This document shows positions 6,714-10,560 of a stretch of 10,560 nt of DNA, piece by piece (positions within the stretch are counted from its first letter, which is position 1; every line of letters starts with the position of its first letter). The notes under the pieces are model-generated. The model searched no databases and was not told the DNA's origin. It was given only the letters and a program-made list of their open reading frames with translations. The stretch lies in contig JAZDIZ010000026.1 in NCBI GenBank assembly GCA_043804515.1, positions 1 to 10,560 on the forward strand. Reading direction: 5' to 3'. Source of the stretch: Pseudomonadota bacterium (GTDB lineage Bacteria > Bdellovibrionota_G > JALEGL01 > DATDPG01). The position numbers and the translations under genes are program-made.

Positions 6714-7187
6714 ATGAGGAAATTGTGGATTGTGCTTTTCGCGCTCGGGGCGGCGTGCAGCGACACGATTACCCCGGGAAGCGGCCTGACGCCTGCGAAG
6801 CCGTCCTCCGATCCGACGACGGCGCAGGTGTGTGTGGACCTCATCAACCAGTATCGATCGTCGATCGGTCTGGCCGCGTATTCTCGCTGGACGGACGCCG
6901 AATCCTGCTCCGACGCGGAAGCCCTAAGCGATTCGAAAAGCGGCCAGGCACACGGCGCGTTCCAAAGTTGCGGAGAGATGGCGCAGAACGAGTGTCCGGG
7001 TTGGGCCGGCCCGGCCGGGGACATGATCGGGCCCTGCCTGGCGTCGATGTGGGCCGAAGGTCCGGGGTCCGATTTCTCGGCCCATGGCCATTATCTCAAC
7101 ATGTCGAGCACGTCGTACACGATGGCGGCCTGCGGATTTTCCGTGACGGCGGGCGGAGCGGTCTGGTCCGTTCAGAACTTCAAGTAG
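6714..7187 (+). CDS. CAP/SCP-domain lipoprotein, 157 aa
   Basis: The real gene is the tail of track ORF 5751..7187, starting at ATG 6714 with SD GGAGG at 6704-6708. MRKLWIVLFALGAAC is a signal peptide II with lipobox Cys15. CAP-like motifs INQYRSSIGL, AHGAF, MW..GHYLNM, ACG, VQNF. Six further cysteines. Confidence 0.85.
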   Translation: MRKLWIVLFALGAACSDTITPGSGLTPAKPSSDPTTAQVCVDLINQYRSSIGLAAYSRWTDAESCSDAEALSDSKSGQAHGAFQSCGEMAQNECPGWAGPAGDMIGPCLASMWAEGPGSDFSAHGHYLNMSSTSYTMAACGFSVTAGGAVWSVQNFK

Positions 7188-7225
7188 GCTCCAACCGTGG
7201 TAGGCTGACGCGGCGAAGGAGACGC

Positions 7226-7660
7226 ATGCCGAGACAAGACGATATGGATCTGATCAAGGCAGCCGATGAAAACCTCCTCGAGCACCTTAGGGATCTTAGG
7301 GGAGGGCTCTTGCGCCTTCACAAGGCGCTCCTGGATGCGGAAAAGATCTGCTACGAGCGGGAAAACGGGCGCATCCGTTCCACGAGCGGGTTTCTCGAAT
7401 TGATCATGAACGACGACTGGTTCGCCTGGCTGCGGCCTCTTGCGGGCCTGGTGATTCAGATGGACGAATCCCTGGAGGGGGATTTTGTCGTGGAAAAACG
7501 CGTGAAGATGCTGATCGAACTCACGACCGTGCTTTTGAGACCCAAGAGGTTGCGGACGGAGTTCCTGAAGCGGATCCGGGCGCATATTCAGGACTCCCCC
7601 GAGGTGGCCATGGCCTTCGGCGCGGTTTCGCAGCTTCTGGGCGATCAGACGACGCAGTAG
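7226..7660 (+). CDS. Conserved hypothetical helical protein, 144 aa
   Basis: Tail of track ORF 6641..7660, starting at ATG 7226 with SD AAGGAG at 7216-7221. The segment LLRLHKALLDAE..YERENGRI.S..FLELIM.D.WFAWLRPL..LV.QMDE resembles an uncharacterised bacterial family as I recall it. Confidence 0.8.
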   Translation: MPRQDDMDLIKAADENLLEHLRDLRGGLLRLHKALLDAEKICYERENGRIRSTSGFLELIMNDDWFAWLRPLAGLVIQMDESLEGDFVVEKRVKMLIELTTVLLRPKRLRTEFLKRIRAHIQDSPEVAMAFGAVSQLLGDQTTQ

Positions 7661-7676
7661 AGGATAATCCTAATTC

Positions 7677-8339
7677 CTATGATCGGGGCGCAGAGCTCGG
7701 GAACGTAATCCAACGCGTATAGGCGTCCTTCTTTACCGTGGGGCCCCAATGGATGCTTTCCGTGACGAGGCCGGTTCTCATTGTAAACTTCATCATGTAA
7801 TAGTCTCCCCATCCGAAAAACAGATGATCCGGCTTCGCAGTCAGCGGCTTCGCATCCACGAGAAACCGGGCTCGCGGGGGTAAGAATCCGTACGCGGGAT
7901 TGTTGGGGAGCAATTCAGGGACATCAATGACAAGAACGTGCGTCCTTGGATCGATCTTCACGGGAAGATCGGTTGCTACGTCATATTGGACCCACCTGGG
8001 TCCTGCGGCGTCCCGAACCATGGGCTGCGCCCAGAAGTAAAGTCCGCAACGAAGAAGAACCGTAGCCATGTACTTGGCGGAACTGCTTCTTTTGAAATCC
8101 TGGCCGGAGCTGTGAAGGTCAATGGCGAAGTCGCTGTTCTCGGGCCGAGCGTCGTAACGACCGTCGTCCTTGGCGTATTGCTTCGTCAACGGTGTGCACG
8201 CACGTTGCGCCATGAGCACAGCTCCGGTCGAGAGTGGGCTATGGTATTTATTCGTCAGTGGCACGTAGACGGTTTCGGCACGGGCCGCGGACGAGACGAG
8301 AGCCAGAAGAACCGCAAACCCCGAGAACAGATACCTCAC
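7677..8339 (-). CDS. Hypothetical secreted protein, 220 aa
   Basis: Start moved from 8378 to GTG 8339, with SD GGAGG at 8350-8346 and 6 nt spacing. MRYLFSGFAVLLALVSSAARA-ETV is a Sec signal peptide with an A-x-A cleavage site. Fills the gap between neighbouring genes. No family recognised. Confidence 0.8.
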   Translation of the reverse strand: MRYLFSGFAVLLALVSSAARAETVYVPLTNKYHSPLSTGAVLMAQRACTPLTKQYAKDDGRYDARPENSDFAIDLHSSGQDFKRSSSAKYMATVLLRCGLYFWAQPMVRDAAGPRWVQYDVATDLPVKIDPRTHVLVIDVPELLPNNPAYGFLPPRARFLVDAKPLTAKPDHLFFGWGDYYMMKFTMRTGLVTESIHWGPTVKKDAYTRWITFPSSAPRS

Positions 8340-8368
8340 GATAAACCTCCATTGAAAAGGCCGGAGGC

Positions 8369-8397
8369 CGCATAGCACAACGCGTCATGGATGGCAA
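8369..8397 (-). promoter_or_regulatory. Putative sigma70 promoter for the secreted protein gene
   Basis: Minus strand TTGCCA (8397-8392), 17 bp spacer, TATGCG (8374-8369) preceded by TGn (extended -10). The conserved last T of the -10 is missing. Confidence 0.35.
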
Positions 8398-8422
8398 ATT
8401 CACTGGACCCATTCCACAGCGG

Positions 8423-8455
8423 CGACCGTTTCCCTCTTAAGGATAGGAACGGTCG
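8423..8455. repeat. Perfect 8 bp inverted repeat with 17 bp spacer between divergent genes
   Basis: CGACCGTT (8423-8430) and AACGGTCG (8448-8455), extendable by G-U pairs on both sides. Function unknown. Confidence 0.5.
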
Positions 8456-8536
8456 TGGTACGTTGAAGCCGCGAGCGGAAACGGCGGTGACGTTCTGAAG
8501 AGAAAAGGCCTGATTACGGTCTCCATCCTTACCGCG

Positions 8537-9898
8537 GTGATCTCGTTCGCTTTTTCCCGGTTGTGGGGGCCGGCGGGGATCTCCGATGACGATTTCATGC
8601 GCCTGTTTCTGGCCTGGGACTGGTCGAGGCATCCCACGCTGGTGCAGATCGCGGCGTGGCCGCCGCTTTATTTCGTGGTTTACGGCCTGCCCCTCCGTTG
8701 GCTCGGCGCCGACCCATTGATTCTCGGCCACGGCGTAACCTGCCTGTTCCACGGAGCCTTTATCTATTTTTCGGGGCGTCTTCTGGTTGCCCTGGATCCC
8801 GATCGCCACCGGCTGCCCTGGGGAGCTCTTTTGGTGGCGGTTTCACCGTTGCCGGCCCTCCTCAGCATTTCTCTTCTGAGCGAAACCATGTTCTGCGCGC
8901 TCCTGACGGGCTTTCTCTTGGCCATGGTCCGTTGGTCCGAAGAACGGGTAGGGAAATATCTCTTGATGGCCACGCTGTCGTGCATCCTCATGACCATGAT
9001 CCGGTTCGAAGGCTGGGCGCTGGCCGTGGGATTCGCGGCGTTCCTTCTCAGCCCGTGGGGAGCCCGCCGGAAGTGGTGGCTCGTGGCGGCGGTCGCCGTT
9101 TTCCCCATCGCGTGGCTGGTGCAGGTTCACAACGATTTGGGCGGCGGCCCCTTCGAGGTGTTCCGCGCGCATTCCGAGGAAATCTTGAGCTTCTTCGCGG
9201 ACAAGCCAGGCTGGAGATGGATCCCTTGGCGCTCGATGGCGGCGTTTTTCCCCATCCCGTGCCTCGTGGCCGTGCTCTATCCGCTCGTCTGGCACAAAAT
9301 GTCCAAAGCATCGCGGATGTTCTTTTTCTTCGGCATGGCCACGGCGGCGTTTTATCTGACACTCAATACGATGAGCCTGATGTCCGTGCTTCCGGAGCGG
9401 TCCGTTCTGGTGCCCGGAATCCTGCTGCTTCTGCTATTCCTGCTTTGGCTTCCGCGGGTGCTGAAGGGGAGGGTCATGCGCTTGGCCGCCGTCGGGGTTC
9501 TCCTGGTTTCGGACGCCATCGGTTTCACCAAGCTGCATTTCGCACACGACCGGGAAGCCGCTCAGACCGCCTCGTGTTTCGCGAGCGAGCAGGTGTGGAA
9601 ACTGGAGGCCTTGAAAAACGGGATCGCGACCGACGCGGACAACCTCCATTTGGCGATGCTTTCACTGGTTTCAAAGCATCCGACAAAGTTCCGAAGGATC
9701 CGGTTTGAGGACGGAATGCCTCTCCTGCCGGGACCGGATGTTCCAAGAGTGTTCCTCCTCTACGATGACCGGCTGGTTCGATTCTACAAAGGCAGGCTGA
9801 AGCGGCTCCGTTCCGAACGTCTGGGAGCCACGGCACTTCTCGCGGAAAACCCGGCGCTTCGAAATATCCTCGCCTCGGGCGCCGGCTGTTGGCCGTAA
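8537..9898 (+). CDS. Polytopic membrane protein, probable GT-C fold glycosyltransferase (ArnT/PMT-like); start may be 8495
   Basis: Many hydrophobic segments, acidic SDDD motif in the first loop, WPPLY, LSET.F and R.EGW motifs typical of ArnT/PMT-like proteins, and a soluble C-terminal region. Confidence 0.75.
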   Translation: MISFAFSRLWGPAGISDDDFMRLFLAWDWSRHPTLVQIAAWPPLYFVVYGLPLRWLGADPLILGHGVTCLFHGAFIYFSGRLLVALDPDRHRLPWGALLVAVSPLPALLSISLLSETMFCALLTGFLLAMVRWSEERVGKYLLMATLSCILMTMIRFEGWALAVGFAAFLLSPWGARRKWWLVAAVAVFPIAWLVQVHNDLGGGPFEVFRAHSEEILSFFADKPGWRWIPWRSMAAFFPIPCLVAVLYPLVWHKMSKASRMFFFFGMATAAFYLTLNTMSLMSVLPERSVLVPGILLLLLFLLWLPRVLKGRVMRLAAVGVLLVSDAIGFTKLHFAHDREAAQTASCFASEQVWKLEALKNGIATDADNLHLAMLSLVSKHPTKFRRIRFEDGMPLLPGPDVPRVFLLYDDRLVRFYKGRLKRLRSERLGATALLAENPALRNILASGAGCWP

Positions 9899-9905
9899 GA
9901 CTCGT

Positions 9906-9929
9906 GAAATTGGTACGTGTCCCCAATTT
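9906..9929. repeat. Solo copy of the GGGGACACGTAC repeat between convergent genes
   Basis: GAAATTGGTACGTGTCCCCAATTT is 23/24 identical to 1969-1992. Its reverse complement matches 1897-1914 at 18/18. Internally palindromic: AAATTGG-N9-CCAATTT. Confidence 0.9.
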
Positions 9930-10550
9930 TTAGACGTGTTTCTCGATCGTCTTCAGGACATCGGCTCGGTAAACCAAGTCTGAAAGGTAATCCAACTTCT
10001 CGGTGTCCAGGTCGATGATGGGGGAGCGCTTGTACGAGGCGCGCCATTCCTCGTACATGTTGTGAAGCGTGCGCAGGTAGTGCACCGGGATCTTCTGCTC
10101 CTCGGGCCGGCCCCGCTCCTTGATCCGTTTCCGTACCGTCCGCAGTGAGCACTTGCAGTAGATCATGAGGTCCGGCGGCTCGATCGCGTTCAGGATCGTC
10201 TGATAGAGATCCTCGTACATCTTCCAGTCCCGCTTGTTGATCAGGTGCCGCCGGTACAGGTTCGTCGCGAAGATCTCCGCGTCCTCGTAGATTGTCCGGT
10301 CCTGGACCACCGTCCGGTGCTTGCGTTGCAGCCCCAGCTCCTGATGGATCCGGAACTTGTGCGTCAGGAAGTAGACCTGCGAATGGAAACCCCACCCCTT
10401 CATGTCGGCGTAGAAATCCACCAGGTACGGGTTGTTCGCGTTGGGTTCGAAGAAGGGGTCCAGTTTGAAATGGTGGCAGATGAATTCAACCAACGTGCTT
10501 TTGCCGCTGCCCATGTTGCCCGCGACGGCAATGTACTTCGGTTGGATCAA
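9930..10550 (-). CDS. Deoxynucleoside kinase (Dck/Dgk family), 206 aa
   Basis: IAVAGNMGSGKST P-loop, EP...NPYL.DFY.D, F.SQ.YFL, QDRTIYED, PDLMIY, lid RIKERGRPEE, YL..L...YE.W. TTG start with SD GGAGG at 10560-10556. Confidence 0.93.
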   Translation of the reverse strand: MIQPKYIAVAGNMGSGKSTLVEFICHHFKLDPFFEPNANNPYLVDFYADMKGWGFHSQVYFLTHKFRIHQELGLQRKHRTVVQDRTIYEDAEIFATNLYRRHLINKRDWKMYEDLYQTILNAIEPPDLMIYCKCSLRTVRKRIKERGRPEEQKIPVHYLRTLHNMYEEWRASYKRSPIIDLDTEKLDYLSDLVYRADVLKTIEKHV

Positions 10551-10560
10551 CCCCGCCTCC

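Noticed and set aside
5751..7225. Full-length track ORFs 5751..7187 and 6641..7660 as single proteins
   Set aside because: Their 5' parts are out-of-frame overlaps with cydB and the lipoprotein gene. SD-supported starts are at 6714 and 7226.
7661..7671. Palindrome AGGATAATCCT between convergent stops
   Set aside because: A 5 bp arm with a 1 nt loop cannot form a terminator hairpin and is likely chance.

Overview
GC-rich bacterial window of mostly metabolic genes. In order: the 5' end of a probable citrate synthase (minus strand, divergent), a large-subunit malic enzyme with an NADP-type signature, a CBS-less GMP reductase/IMPDH-family gene, a ferrochelatase with a C-terminal Cys cluster, cytochrome bd cydAB followed by a CAP/SCP lipoprotein and a conserved hypothetical gene, a lower-GC secreted orphan (minus), a GT-C-like membrane glycosyltransferase, and a deoxynucleoside kinase (minus). 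The main structure not explained by the genes is a ~22-24 bp repeat with core TGGGGACACGTAC, present three times: an inverted pair forming a ~101 bp MITE/REPIN-like unit (1893-1993) and a solo copy (9906-9929). Two copies lie just after stop codons of unrelated genes whose last 14 nt are 11/14 identical. Other observations: a CRP/FNR-type site in class II geometry upstream of the malic enzyme, an identical 12-mer before the guaC-like and cydA start codons, and a possible CTG start. No rRNA, tRNA, CRISPR array or transposase was seen. All family calls come from remembered motifs, not database searches.
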